Assembly (NCBI GenBank): GCA_020137815.1
Contig: CM035357.1
Location: 1,426,001-1,490,000 of the forward strand
Origin: Hormiphora californensis
Lineage: Eukaryota; Animalia; Ctenophora
Direction of reading: 5' to 3'
Length of the DNA stretch: 64,000 nucleotides
Shown here: positions 23,101 to 60,761 of the stretch, in pieces
Position numbering within the stretch: the stretch's first letter is position 1
Layout of the letters: every line of letters begins with the position of its first letter
Notes under the pieces: model-generated
What the model saw: the letters and a program-made list of their open reading frames with translations, nothing else
The model's database searches: none
Told to the model about the DNA's origin: nothing
Made by a program: the position numbers and the translations under genes

Positions 23101-25528
23101 ATATAATTTCTCCCCAGATGTAGTGGAGGGTACCGGTTTAATTATTCATACTTTTAAACACAGTGTCATCACAGGTAGATGCTGTCTAACTATAGTTTTA
23201 ACACCTTATTTCCCGTTACAGGACCTAGGCAAGTTGTCGGAGCGGCTAGATCCTCGGGAGGTATTTAAGAGGTTTGTTAAGGGAGTGTTTTACGTGGGCA
23301 AGGGAAAGAGAAGCAGGCCATTCTCACATCTCCAGGACGCGACGCAACAAAATAAGGTTAGGGAGACTGGAGAGAGATGACCTTTTGAGCGGTCTATTAT
23401 AACGCTATTTTCTAACCTATATCTAATCTTTATTTTCCATCTGATTCATATTATGATTCATATTATCCTAAGATTAAAGACACGATATACCTTGTGCTGT
23501 TGCACCTCCCCCGCACCCCCGGGGCACGGGACGTATTTTATAAAATAAAAAATATGTAATAGTATGAACAATACACGATATACAGGGTGTCCCACTGTCT
23601 TTGCGTGACCTGTGATTTTGGGTGATGAGTGGGTTCCATTCAAATGCTCATAACTCATCGAAAAATTGGTCAAAACGGCTCAACCAAAAACAGTGTTGTA
23701 GAGAATTGTCAGGCGAACATTTGGGTACAAGATTGATGTTCCAAGTTTTACCAACCGTCAGATATATCGTCTTAAAGTCAAAAATACGTGTTCATGAAAT
23801 CCGACCGGGGTTCACGTTTTGAAAAATTCACATATGCAAAGTTGCTCGGATCACATTGCATCCCTCATAAGAGTTGTAGGAAACTGTCTGGCGGTCACTT
23901 TGGTACCCGGGTTTTTGTCCTAGCTTAATGTTTAGACTGTCTTATGACTGTCTAAAGACGAAATTCAACCAACATTTTTGAGGGGATCACGTGTCATCAA
24001 CAAATGGGTAAAATGGTTTGAAATTTATAAGGGCTTCATTGGAATCGTCTAAGGTTCATTTTGATACCATGATTTTATCCATAGCTCTACGTTTTAGTTG
24101 CGTTATGACTGTAGGAACATAAGGATTTGTCTACGCTGAGTCTTAGTTGGTATCGGCTCACAACGCCTAATTAGGTGGCTCGGTGTCGTGTGTAATCCCA
24201 TGATAATCAGCACATATCGTCTCAATTTCATCTAGACACTTGACAGGGTTGTTATGACGATTTGGCAAGGCCCCTGTTAATGTGTAGGATACGCAAGTGG
24301 TCTATCTCAACCCTATCATGCACTAAGATGTTATTCAAGCAGCAATGAGCTTCATAACAGGGCAAAATGTAATGCGATACCTGAGACCACTTTTGTGAAA
24401 ATTCCAGTTCTGACAGTCATAAGACACTCTAAACATTGAGCTAGGACAAAAACTCGGGTACCAAAATGACCGCCAGACAATTTCCTACAACTCTTATGAG
24501 GGATGCAATGTGATCCGAGCAACTTTGCATTTGTGAATTTTTCAAAACGTGAACCCCGGTCGGATTTCATGAACACGTATTTTTGACTTTAAGACGATAT
24601 ATCTGACGGTTGGTAAGACTTGGAACATCAATCTTGTACCCAAATGTTCGCCTGACAATTCTCTACAACACTGTTATTGGTTGAGCCGTTTTGACCAATT
24701 TTTCGATGAGTTATGAGCATTTGAATGGAACCCACTCATCACCCAAAATCATAGGTCACGCAAAGACAGTGGGACACCCTGTATCACGTGTCTTCACTTG
24801 ATACCACCCTTTAGGTTGGGGTGGTCGGGGCAAAGATAAAAAGGATACGGGATATCTGGACGGATGGCAGGGGTGTTGTCTCTCTCCAGGTGTACTCTAA
24901 CACTATGGCTGAGGAAGCCTTTACAAGGGAGGCCCTCATGATAGAGTGTCTGGGTAAGTTGCCGTGGGGTTGCCGTGGTTGTCGGGATATTGGGTCCACA
25001 GCATGGGTCATGGGTTCTCGCCCATACTGTCCTTTAATACAAATTTAAAGGACACGTTTTCTGGACTCAAATACACTCTGCATAGCAGGGTGTATTCAGT
25101 ATTCTATAACTGCAACTTGATTCTACCTACCCCTATTGTTGTATTGTAGGTTTGAAGAATTTAACGAATGAGAAGAAGGGTGAATGGTACGGTGTGTCAA
25201 GAGCCTGGACTGTGGGTAGAAGGAGGGGAGTCGGTCTATCACTGTTATACAGGTAAGGAGAGGAGTTGGCTTATCACTGTTATACAGGTAAGGACTACGG
25301 AGTTATTGGGGGGGGGGGGCGAGTTATCAGTTGTTATGTAGATTCCTGATTGTCATCTTCCTTCCTTCCTTGCTGTTCAAAATCTGCGAGGCTCACGTTA
25401 GTGGGTCTGTTTCACAGAGGCAACCCACTACCAACCCCAATTCAAGTTACATTTCTCTTTCCAGGGCTCACTTGACATTGATCAATGAAGGACATCGGGA
25501 ACTGAGGAGAGAGGACATACCCCGCTGA
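17163..25528 (+). CDS. ANKLE1: ANKLE1/LEM-3 LEM-domain GIY-YIG endonuclease; exons 17163-17277, 17508-17645, 18021-18990, 19141-19180, 19351-19522, 19676-19780, 19965-20104, 23222-23356, 24815-24953, 25150-25252, 25465-25528
   Basis: LEM motif LSNKELRERLTKLGAHVGGVTPETRPLYEQYL; KTFFNYLLIDPRV; FYVGKGKRSRPFSHL; KIKRIRDIW...EEAFTREALMIECLGLKNLTNEKKGEWYG. Splice phases are consistent. Confidence 0.92.
21894..21958 (+). mobile_element. 109-bp MITE family, internally deleted copy
   Basis: Flanked by a 19-bp duplication ttcacaggaggggttctgc (21875-21893 / 21959-21977). Confidence 0.88.
22463..22571 (-). mobile_element. 109-bp hAT-type MITE, full length
   Basis: TIRs caggaaccgaccgaa / ttcggtcggttcctg; perfect 8-bp TSD gttccttg. 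Confidence 0.95.
23583..24781. mobile_element. Non-autonomous Tc1/mariner-type element with ~370-bp TIRs
   Basis: TA|cagggtgtcccactgtc ... gacagtgggacaccctg|TA; long mirrored arms, no transposase ORF. Confidence 0.92.
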
Positions 25529-26599
25529 GAGGAATCCCCCTACATACAGACCTACATGAGTGTTCTGAGGACCATCTCCCATCTCCCTCTCTCGCCCAGC
25601 ACGTGTACTTTGTATCCACTATCCAGGTGACACACACACATATATTATCCATTGCTCTCTGCTGGATCTCATCCATTGCTCGATCTGGATCTCATAATAG
25701 AGAGCAATATGGTCTAGGGTAGATACTATGGGTATTATAGAGACATTGATAATGGCCGCACGTGGTTCTAAAGGCGATGTTGGATTAGGTTTGAAGTTTA
25801 ACGTTTCTTAATTATTTAGGAGAATTAAGAATTTGTTAGGTAAATTCATTAAGCTAATTAACAGGCTTGTGTGAAACCAACTGACCTATTTACTGAAGTA
25901 TATGAAGTGTATTTGAGTTCAAATAATTTATATGTGACCAGTTAGGTGTATTTGTGTGAGGAAAATTAATTAACAGCTTGGAATTTTATATTTATTTGCT
26001 GGCCCTTGACATTACAGCCAGCCTTTGTAAGATCACGTGTTTTCCGTTCTTGTACCCCCATACCAAGAAGAATATGTGTAGATCACACCGAGAGGGTAGA
26101 TCAATCATTTAATTGATGGGATCTAACAGTGACAATCTTCTAGATCCCAACAAGATATCATCCCAACAAGATATCATTTAACTGGCTTCTCACTAATGTA
26201 CACCTGTCTTTACACCTCACTATATATTGACAACCTGATATAATGACTGGAATCTCTTTCTCAAGTTCTATCTGTACTTTGAATCGGCAAATCATCTTTA
26301 TAACGCTAAATACAAATTAAAAACAACGGAAGTTTTTAAGGTCTATACACATGTGTTTCATGATGCCCCACGCTAAATACAGTCAAACCTCGACTTGCCT
26401 TGTCTCATATAAGACCGTCTAGTCCTCTTCGAAGGGTTGCGCGATGTACAGTCAGTGTCTGACAAGACTTGCCGGACTTCTCGGGGGGTACCCTGTAACA
26501 AGCCCTTTATTATCCTGAGTCAATGGGTCAGGACCATCATTGTTCCTCAGTTTCCTTTGAGTCTGAGAAAAGGCAGATCCTGGCCTAGATGTTTTCAGA

Positions 26600-27374
<775 letters not shown>

Positions 27375-29559
27375 GTGAGCTTTAGTGAAAGGATAGTATT
27401 GTGCTGGTGCAGTTGACAATGCATTCTTTGGAATTGGTGTTCACTATTTCTGGCCATCATCATCACATTCACGGAGACCTGTCGATTGTCGAAATTCGAC
27501 AGATCACAACTTTTTGCCCTAATTGGTAATGGTAGTCGGTAGATCTCATACAATGAGATCTCATTAAGGGCATGGCGTTATAACAGCTCAGTGTGGTGAC
27601 TGGTGCCAATCGCATCATTGTAGCTTTGTAATTTTACAAACATTAGAAACACGTTCCCTGTCATCTTTTAGATCAATTACTGTCAGTGTCAGAGCGCTTT
27701 TTCAATTCTTCAGATCGGACTAGGGGCGTCTCCGGGGCCGGACAGCTGTCAGAGATTGTATCCCTGCCGCGTAATTAAACATACCATCCAGCAGTAATAT
27801 CTCGCTGCTATATCTCTCTACATTCCTAGCAGTGTCATGGTGTAGTGCTGCCAGCACTTAACCAATATCAGTAATTGTATTTTCTAGAACCTACCCGTGT
27901 GAGACATCCAGGATAGGAAGAGAGAGAGAGTGAGATAGTGAGAGAGAGAGAGAGAGAGAAAGTAAAGAAACAGAAAGTACTCTCATGGAACTATCTGATA
28001 GTTCCAGGAGAGTACTTTCTTCTCTTTGGCGTTGGAGAGGTATCCCATAAACCACCATCGTTTGTCAAGACTTGCTCAGATCCTCTTTTCCGTGAATCCA
28101 AGCCTAGCACTCAGTGATACACATTGCATCCTCGGCCTTCAGTTGCACCTTCGAGGGCCAAGTTGTCCTAATGTTATTTATATTGTCAATTTACCTAACA
28201 ACCCATTTCCAGATCTGTTGTTTTAGTGTCTGTCTGCAGAGTACCATGTAAGGACAGAACTGTAGTTGAACTATGTTACTGAGCCGATATGTTGGCAATC
28301 AGAACTGGCAGCCTGCTCAACGATCTAGGAGGTACACATGGTACACCCCCTTTCGGTCCCAAATTGTACCATGCTTCTGCTAGTACTTTGTAGGCACCCA
28401 TCCTTGCCCCGGCCATAGCCGACCCTATTTGCATTTTAATATTTCGCCCCCCAAAATCTCTATCAACATTCAAAATAATCCATATATTTTGTTCCAGGAA
28501 GTCCGGTCGAAGGAAGGGAGTGGTGGTCGGGGAGCCCTCAGAAGTCCACCGGTTACTAACCAAGGCAGCGGAACATGATGATATACTAAAGGTCAGTCCT
28601 GGGGCTGGAAGTTAAGTTGTAACTTGGGTTTGTTTGGGTATTACTATTTAGCTATTTGTGGTCGATTCCTGGCTGTCAGATATTTGGTCAGTCCGATCCT
28701 GGGTATGTAACTTGGGTATGTTTGGGTATTTGGTCAGTTCTGGGGCTGTAATTTGGGTATTACAATTTGGGTTTCTACCTTGGGTATATTTGGGTTGACG
28801 TTTTTAATTGGGTCCTGGGAGTGTGGGCTTAACGATAAACTTGATTTGGGGTTTTTACACGATGAGGGAAGTATAAAAGTGGTTGCGGTTGGTTGGGTCT
28901 ATTTGGTAGTGTACCGGTATTCTTTTTTCTCCATCACATTTGGTGTGAATTAACAGGTATCTTTGGTGGAACGTTAAAATTACAGCCGAACATGAACAAT
29001 ATTCTAGTCTACAAGAACTGGGCTAAAGTGTTATTCAGGTATTGTCTAGGTGTTACACTAAGCGAGAGAGAGAGAGAGAGAGGCAGAGAGAGAGAGATAG
29101 AGAGAGAGAGAGATAGAGGGTGATACAATATGTTGTTATGTGTATTTAGTCTGTCAACACAACTCTCTTTCTCTCTTTCCATCTCTAGGGGTTCTTCCTG
29201 TGAGCTTTTTTGGTATCCGCTGGACAAACTTACAATTTGCAACAGTAGTACAGCTATATTGATAAATAGAGAGAGATCTTGAAACAAAGATTGTAACAAT
29301 TTGATCCGTTATTTGGCATATGTTTTACTACTTTATGATCAAGTAAGCTTTTCCAGTTTTAGGCTCTTTTAGTGTAGAGACTCCTGTGGAGGTTATTGTC
29401 ATTAACAACATTAATGGCACGCGGAGAACAATTTATGGCGTGTTGTAACCGTTGTCTGTTTTCAACCCCCTGAGTTCTCCCAGAGTCATAATTCCGAAAG
29501 TGGTTCTTCTTCTTCTTCTTCTAAGCAGCTGGTATGTTGCCATTTGTTATTTGGCGGTA

Positions 29560-30843
29560 TATAGTACATAACTCCACTCCCGCGCGGGGCATATAATCAA
29601 TAGACCACTGCAAGAGCATGCGTCATATTGAGCTGTAAATGCACGGGTCCCGAAGGGACCCGTGCGTACAGCCCTGTAATCCCGAGCGTCAGCGAGGGGT
29701 TTACAGTTATAATCTGCAGCAAGGGAGGGAGTTGTGTTCTATAGACCCCGCTGGCGGGCACCTAGAAGCAAACAAAGCACAATTTACGTGGTTCTCAACA
29801 CAACGAGCTCACACAAACCGGGGTCAAATAGTTGGACAATGAAGCTACAAAGTGCCTCTCTCATCCTACAACACTCTACCAATCGTTTTAAAAAAAACAA
29901 ATAAAGGGTGGAATACAGAGAGAGGTACAGGTTAATTGTGGGTCAAGAGGAACAGTTTGCCACAAACTGACGGCGGCCAACTAGACAAGAGCTTAGTTGA
30001 GTTGTGGCACACACTCCCTCTTGTGTTGATCATGTCATTTTATCTTGTTCCAGTGATTCTTGTGATCTTGATCACAATCTGTCAGGGGCGTGCGTCTATC
30101 GACACAAACTACGCACGATGCATGCATCGGCGCAATAGACCAAGATGCAAATTGTTGCGCCGGGGCGGGCGGGCGTCTATTTGAGCCAGCGTGGTCTAAC
30201 CATTATAGACCCCGCCGCTCAATAGACGCAGAACGGCGCGGCTCAAACATTTGCAACTGGTCTATTTGGGCCGTGCACGCCGTGAGTTTGGTGGTCTCAT
30301 AGAACGCACGCCCTCGGCAGATTTGTGTAAACGATCACACAAAGAATCACTGGAAACACGATAAAATGACTTGGTAACATGCAACGAGGGAGTGTGTGGT
30401 ACACACCTACCAACCACTCTCTGCCTAGATTTGGCGCCCGCCAGTCTGTTGCAACTGTTGCTCATACCCCAATAACTGTAATCTCTCTCTGCATTCCACG
30501 CTTTGAAAAACTGTTACACGATTGTTACGAGTGTGTAGTGGTAGAGAGGCACGCTGTAACATTCATTTCTAACTGTTTTGACCCGTTTTGTGTGAGCGCT
30601 CTCTGTGTCAACCACCTATTGTGCGTGTTTTTTCTCTCTAGGTGCCCGCCAGCGGGGTCTATACAACACAACTCCCTCCCTTCGTGCAGATATAACCTGT
30701 AAACCCCTCGCTGACGGCTCGGGATTTACAGGGCTGTAACAAGCACGGTCCCTTCGGGACCCGTGCATTAAGCTCAAATCGCACTGCTACTGCAGTGCGT
30801 CTATTGAATAGATGCCCGCGCGGGAGGGAGAGTTTGTACTATA
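29560..30843. mobile_element. Non-autonomous element with long imperfect inverted arms and internal GAA-loop hairpins
   Basis: tatagtaca..ctcccgcgcgggg..atagaccccgctggcgggcacctaga is mirrored by tctaggtgcccgccagcggggtctat..cccgcgcgggag..tgtactata; hairpin gcacgggtcccgaagggacccgtgc. Confidence 0.75.
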
Positions 30844-30919
30844 GATAGAGCATTCCTAGACGGTGATTTCCGAAATTGGTTGCTATAAGTTTATTTGAAA
30901 TACGTCAGTTAATACGACT

Positions 30920-31019
30920 NNNNNNNNNNNNNNNNNNNNNNNNNNNNNNNNNNNNNNNNNNNNNNNNNNNNNNNNNNNNNNNNNNNNNNNNNNNNNNNNN
31001 NNNNNNNNNNNNNNNNNNN
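30920..31019. other. Assembly gap (100 N); following sequence to ~31560 looks low quality
   Basis: Run of N, then homopolymer-rich sequence. Confidence 0.98.
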
Positions 31020-32404
31020 GGGGGGTTTTTCATTAAAGCCTTTCTAATTAAAAAATCGGGTGGGTATTTTGGGGGGGGGCCCTCCCCCACCCCTTTTTTA
31101 TTTAAAAATCTTTTATTCTTCTCTTTTTTCTCTTTTTCTCCTTTTCCCCTTTTTCCCCAAATTTTCTTTTTCTCCTTGGGTTCCCCTTTTCTCTTTCTCT
31201 TCCTCTCTCTTTTTTATTCCTTCCTTCTCTCTTTTTCCCTTGGGTTTTTTATAAATCCCGGAGAAAAAGTCTTCCCTCACAGTTCTTAGGCCATAAAATG
31301 CTTCATTCCGCATAATCCCGCCCGCTAACTGGGTCTAGTGTTACCTTTCCCCGGTGGCAAGGGGGTTACTTTTTAAACCAAATTTCCCTCCCCGGGCCTC
31401 TTATTCACTGCAGCACTCGTGCGCTCTTCTCATGGTCATTTCCCTGGTTAAGAAATTTTTTACCGGCGACCTCGTCCTCTTTTTTACCAACTACAAAAAC
31501 GGGGGCGTCGTACCGATCGGGGGGGGGGGGGGTTGTTTTTTTTTTGTTTGTCTGCTATATGCTATGTGATGTGATCCCTCTCTTTTTCTCTCTTTCTCTC
31601 CCTTTTATACATGTGATGTGACCCCTCAAGTCGCAAGCAGTTCTCAACACGTGTGATACGTGATACCTACGAATCACGTCGTCACACTGACGGATCATGT
31701 CGTCACGCTGACGGATCACGTCGTCACATTGACGGATCACGTCGTCACATTGACGATAGGGTGTCACATTTCCGTGCAAATTTGCATTAGATATAGTTAG
31801 ATAGAGGTTTCCAGTACACCTTCTTTCTATTACTGATTATGCGCCTCCCCTTCGCCACTACATTCTCTGTCATACCCCTTATAGCAGTAGTTGGAAACGT
31901 TTTCAGAAAGACTAGCTTGGACTAAGAATTTCCCCTTCGCCAACGAAATGAGAGAGGAAGATAGCTGATAGACTGTTACCAAATGTTTAAAAGTCGAATT
32001 CCTTGCTGTTCATTCACTGCAAATATAAACGCCTTTTATAATGCATCTTGAAACTCCCCTTTGTTAGTTTGTCTCTCTTTAGCTGGCTTTATCCTTACTG
32101 CCGACCTGTTATTTGCCATTTTACATGCTCGACCCTAGCTCTTACCGCTCCCAGGTTTAAAAAACAACATGTTTTTATCATACTATACCTTGTTTTGTTC
32201 AAACTCTTTTATAATAACAGTCTAACTTGGCAAACTATACCGGCACAACTCCGTCTAAATTGTAAAACCATAATTTGTCCAATTGTCCATCCTGTGAAAC
32301 ACATGTGGTACACAATTCCAGGAATAACATTTGCAAAACAGACCCTACTTTGCATAGTCATTACAGTCTTTACTCTAGCACATAGATTAGGGTACACACA
32401 CACA

Positions 32405-32463
<59 letters not shown>

Positions 32464-33953
32464 TCCCTGGTTTGGCGTTTGTAATGCAGTTACTCCTACT
32501 GAAATTACCCATCATCAGGCGATGGGTTTATGCATTGCACTGCATTAAACTGGTAGGGTAGTGAGATAGAGAGAGATAGAGAGATAGAGAGAGATAGAGA
32601 GATAGAGAGAGATAGAGAGATTATGGCCATGCAATATATGGTCGGTATTGTTTCTTCAGGAAAACGCCAAGGTCGAACAAATTGAACGAATATATTTGCA
32701 ACCTGCACTCTACACAGTCACAGTCTTTTCCTTCTCTACCGACACCATATATATACACACGTTGCACGTCCGTGTAGCTTTCACGCCTCTCTTGCTTGAA
32801 GAACTTTCTGAGTCCCAATGTTAACCCATTATTGTCGTGATTTGTATCTTCTATCATCCTTAGTTTATTTGCTAACTGCTATCTATTCTACTAGTTGATA
32901 TCGATCCTAATTTCCTAATTGTGACACTAATTGGTTGCTAGGGTGACGTCATTGTGTGGTTGCCATGGCATCAGCCGCCAGGCTACAAAACCAAAACAGG
33001 GAACTAGCACGCATCTACTCGGAGGAATATGACTCCCAGATCATTCGGGTAAGTTGAGAATTATACTTGCAAACATGTGAGTCGCAGCTGACACTGCAGT
33101 CCGTATGTATGAACAATTCAAACCAACATGTGTGTCCGCGGCAGCTATGTTTCAAAGTGTGCAATGTGCCGAGATTGGATTGGTACATATATAATGGTAG
33201 GCTCATTATTGTAGGGAATATTAAAGTATCTGGCATATATCCCAATCCATTCCGGTGTGATGGGCCACACGTGCTAGGTATAATACTACTCAAGGGGGTG
33301 GTGGGATAATGTGATAATGTCTCCATGACAACCGTATAGGTGGGATAATGTGATAATGGGATACAGGATGTTTCCATGGCAACCATATGGAACTCCACCA
33401 CCACGATGGCTTCCCAGACATCAGAGCTGTGTGATTCACTTATAGCTGTGCAGCCATGGACACTAGGTCACTATAGTTCTTCTTCGATACAAAGAGTTGA
33501 ATTGTGCAGTCTACCAAATTAGCAGTTTTTCTGATCTGTTTGTTGTTTCTGTTTGGACAATATACAAGCTGGTCGTTATATTTCTGGTGGAATTTCTGCT
33601 GTTTTGGATTAAACTGCATGGCGGCCCCTCGTCTGAGTTTGACAGCTTTGAGCCAGACTGGCTCTTCCCAATTCAGCATCAATCTGGTAAGTGAAACTGA
33701 GAGAGGGAACAACCATTTTGAAATTAATTGAGTAGAATACTATGTGATAGGTAAGATTTAACAGGTTTGGGAACCACATTATACGGAACTCTCATCACAC
33801 GGTAATGCCAATGGCAATAAGAATTAACAACATTATTATTACTATTACAGTTTACAGTACTTAGCATATTTTGTGGTTTCATTAGAACGATTAAACTTGT
33901 TCTCTGAAATCATAAGCTGTTCTACAACCGGTTCATTAGGAATATCAGCTAGT

Positions 33954-34040
33954 AATACTGGTCCCTGATTGGCTGATAACCAGTCACGTGACCTAAATAA
34001 CGAGTTCTGATTGGTTGTTTACTTGTTTCGGTCGGTTCCT
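33954..34040 (-). mobile_element. 109-bp MITE family, one TIR missing
   Basis: Family match; flanks repeat aatatcag...gtaatactgg. Confidence 0.88.
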
Positions 34041-34337
34041 AAATATCAGGTAATACTGGCTACATGCTGACTACTACCTGAGGTGCACTGGTGCAGCGAG
34101 TGGATTTGTTGTCCTTTGCGTTGTCCTTAAAATTCTCCATTCCCGGCCTTTCCCTGATCTTTAGCATCTAGGCTCAGTTTTTTTTGTTCCCCTGCCACCT
34201 TTTCCTTGAACCTATTTCTAACTAATCTGGTTTGCCAATTAGAATATTCATGAGCATGTGGGGTAAATGAATAATGGCTTTCCATGAATCGATTTCTTGG
34301 ATCTCCACTATGTTCTCTCTCTCTCTCTCTCCTCTCT

Positions 34338-34378
<41 letters not shown>

Positions 34379-34410
34379 TTCTATCACTCCCTCTACCCTC
34401 TCTCTCTCTA

Positions 34411-34452
<42 letters not shown>

Positions 34453-34483
34453 GCTCTCTCTCTCCTCTCTCTCTCTCTCCCTT

Positions 34484-34531
<48 letters not shown>

Positions 34532-34709
34532 AATCATTTCCGGATCATGCTCCCATCATTCCATTTTAACATTTAAGATCTTTGCTACTATTATGAGAGA
34601 TTCGTAATGTCATTGTTAGGGCGTGTGTGTCAGGGAATGTCACAACCAAGCTATATATGTTCAATCTTGTTGTTGTTGTGCAGTAATAGGGGTCGAGTCC
34701 TTGTACATA

Positions 34710-36296
34710 CAGGGTGTCCCATATATTCTCCGGGTCGGTTGGCGAGCTGTCACGCAAAAACGGTGATAGTTGTGTGAAAACAAACTGCGGGAGTGTGCTG
34801 GATTAATTCCTTCCTAACTGATGGCTTTGTTTTAAAATTAAATTTCAAAAGTTCATTTTTCATGAATGAACATTTCTGCCGTTCATTCATGAATTCTGAA
34901 ATATTGTTTACCTTGAGTAAGTAACTTTTCTTTGGCTCGCAATTATCTTTCCAATGAGCACCATAAAACTCAAATTGAAGCACCATGTCACATGACAGTT
35001 GAGAAAATGAACATGCATGATTTTGGCTCTTTTTGCGACTTTCAATCGGCTGTATCACCGCTACCTTACCTTCAATCTTTTTGAAACTTTGGGTGAACAT
35101 TGGATAAGCAAAGATCTTTGCTCACAAGAAAAATCAAGGTCAAAACTCAAAGTTCATTTTTAAGTTTTGGTAGTTCATTCCACTCATTCAGGAACCAACA
35201 ACCCTAAAGTGATGGAAAAGTGATGGATTTTGTTTGGCCAATGTCCTGCACTCCTGCAATGACAGAGAGGTGTAGTAACGTGTTTCCGGGCTAGTTAGTG
35301 GGTGTCCATGTGATCTTGGTGATACCTGACACCTTCACTCAGCAATAATTAAGAGATTTTCTCAAATTAAAGCATGTGATTCGGGTCTACTGCGATTGGT
35401 ATCGTGCAGCAATCTTGAGAGATCACATAGCACCTCAAAAATGATGATAAGTTCAATAAATTGAGTTGATTTATGATCAATAAGATTAAAACCGATGCCA
35501 CATTGAACTCAACGACCATTTTCGATCATAAATCAACTCATTCCATTGAACTAACCATCATTTTCGAGGGGCTATGAGATCTCTTAACATTGCTGCACGA
35601 TACCAATCGCAGAAAAACCCCCAGAAAACCCAAATCACATGCTTCAATTCGAGAAAATCCCTTGATTATTGCTCAGTGAAGGTGTCAGGTATCACCAAGA
35701 TCACATGGACACCCACTAACTAGCCCGGAAACACGTTACTACACCTCTCTGTCATTGCAGGACATTGGCCAAACAAAATCCAACACTTTTCCATCACTTT
35801 AGGGTTGTTGGTTCCTGAATGAGTGGAATGAACTACCAAAACTTAAAAATGAACTTTGAGTTTTGACCTTGATTTTTCTTGTGAGCAAAGATCTTTGCTT
35901 ATCCAATGTTCACCCAAAGTTTCAAAAAGATTGAAGGTAAGGTAGCGGTGATACAGCCGATTGAAAGTCGCAAAAAGAGCCAAAATCATGCATGTTCATT
36001 TTCTCAACTGTCATGTGACATGGTGCTTCAATTTGAGTTTTATGGTGCTCATTGGAAAGATAATTGCGAGCCAAAGAAAAGTTACTTACTCAAGGTAAAC
36101 AATATTTCAGAATTCATGAATGAACGGCAGAAATGTTCATTCATGAAAAATGAACTTTTGAAATTTAATTTTAAAACAAAGCCATCCGTTAGGAAGGAAT
36201 TAATCCAGCACACTCCCACAGTTTGTTTTCACACAACTATCACCGTTTTTGCGTGACGGCTCGCCAACCGACCCGGAGAATATATGGGACACCCTG
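34710..36296. mobile_element. Almost fully palindromic non-autonomous Tc1/mariner-type element (~1.6 kb)
   Basis: TA|cagggtgtcccatatattctcc ... ggagaatatatgggacaccctg|TA; mirrored 116-aa ORFs at 34750-35100 (-) and 35906-36256 (+). Confidence 0.93.
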
Positions 36297-37002
36297 TATA
36301 CGCTGTACCTATATTCCTAAAAAGTTCCATATTATTGGGTGGTTAGGTGGTTCTACATTGATATAATGTGAACTGGTCCTTGATGACATAGACACCTGGC
36401 GGGGGTCGCGCCAGGTGTCTATGTCACCAAAACTGGTCCATGATTCTCATATTGTATATTGTATACTTGACTTGCTCAAATCTTCTTTGTTAGAAAAAGG
36501 GCACGAGCAATACAGCTGTACACCTAAGACAGATCCCATGCCATAAAAAGCGAGTGCATGAGATCTAAAGTACACTGTCTTGTTGTTTTGTGTATTTTGG
36601 GTTGTCCCTCTCTTAAATTCCTTTTGGCTCTCCCTCCCATTCTCTCCCTCCCATTCTCTCCCTCCCATTCTCTCCCTTCCATTCTCTCCCTCCCATTCTC
36701 TCCCTCTCATTCTTCTGTGCTATGGGATTTCGTTTCCACAAACCCTACTTGATTCCTTTCTGTGTCTCAGGCGGCTGTTCGACCCTCTCTCTCTCTCTCA
36801 CTGCCCCCTGGACAAACAAAACAAGCCTCAGGCTGGTGCAGGTTTCTATAGGAAATTTTACAAATTTTACCCGCATATGTGTATTTTGCTTGTCTCTTGC
36901 CCTAACATCCCTCCCTGTGTTGGTGTTGACGGCTCCTTAGTCACTACCGGCTTAGTTCAAATTACTCACGGTCCTTAGTCGGTTAAACCTGACAATCCAT
37001 TT

Positions 37003-37109
<107 letters not shown>

Positions 37110-37763
37110 GTGCATACCTCCACAACCCTCTTTTAATTCTTGTTAAATTCCCGCTTCAACTAGGTATAAAACTATTGAACGGCCTGTTGCACATTCCGCT
37201 CAGTGATACCATACTTTTGGTTACGAAGTCACCCCTTGTATTGCATAACAGAGGGGTAATTTCATTGTACCATACCATACTTAGAGGTTTCTACAATTTA
37301 ATCGGCCCATTATGCAGCTACGAACAAGGAAGCACCATTTACCACACCTATTATAAAACACTTTCGTGTTCTTTAGATCTGAGTACTTGAACAGAACACT
37401 GCAGTGTTCACAACTGGTTTACCTTCAGCTTATGAGCATTTGAACACAATCAACCTTGGAGGGTGAACTTAGCTTCAGCACGTATAATTTGAACAACCCT
37501 TTATATCTTCTGTCTTCCCTTTTCCGCTTTATCGATCCGTTAAACACGTGAAGCAACTGGAATTAATGTACCATTAACACTTAAATGCAACACATGTGTA
37601 GTTCTGCTTCTGGCAATGTTAAAGTCCTAATTCAATCTCTTGACATACATTTAGAGCTACACTCCTTCGTTTATCGTTCTCTTTTCGCCGTTTGAAGTTG
37701 TGTTAAATTTACTGTTACTGTTTTTGAGGTTTGGATTCATTTGCTATAATGGTTGAAGGATAG

Positions 37764-37872
37764 CAGGAACCGGCCGAAACAAGTAAACAACCAATCAGAA
37801 CTCATTATTTAGGTCACGTGACTGGTTATCAGCCAATCAGGGAACAGTATTTCCTGATTCGGTCGGTTCCTG
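37764..37872 (+). mobile_element. 109-bp hAT-type MITE, full length
   Basis: Both TIRs present; degenerate TSD aaggatag / ccggatat. Confidence 0.92.
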
Positions 37873-37883
37873 CCGGATATAAT

Positions 37884-60632
<22,749 letters not shown>

Positions 60633-60652
60633 TGACGTCATATGTCATGACG

Positions 60653-60761
60653 CAAGAACCGACCAACACAAGTAAACAACCAATCAGAACTCGTTATTTA
60701 GGTCACGTGACTGGTTATCAGCCAATCAGGGACCAGTATTTCCTGATTCGGTCGGTTCCTG
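60653..60761 (+). mobile_element. 109-bp hAT-type MITE in the Kv 3' UTR
   Basis: Both TIRs present; perfect TSD tcatgacg. Confidence 0.95.

Noticed and set aside
28276-28563. 95-aa ORF, and ORFs at 41638-42947, as genes
   Set aside because: No recognisable domain or consistent exon chain could be built.
31020-31560. ORFs and T/C-rich sequence after the gap
   Set aside because: Homopolymer-rich contig edge, likely low-quality consensus.
34127-34607. ER-repeat and LS-repeat ORFs (also ~16441-16901, 27192-27553, 41332-41650, 44492-44938, 61232-61597)
   Set aside because: These are translations of (GA)n/(TC)n microsatellites.
34750-36256. Two mirrored 116-aa ORFs as a transposase or gene pair
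   Set aside because: They lie in the inverted arms of a MITE and show no DDE or HTH motifs.
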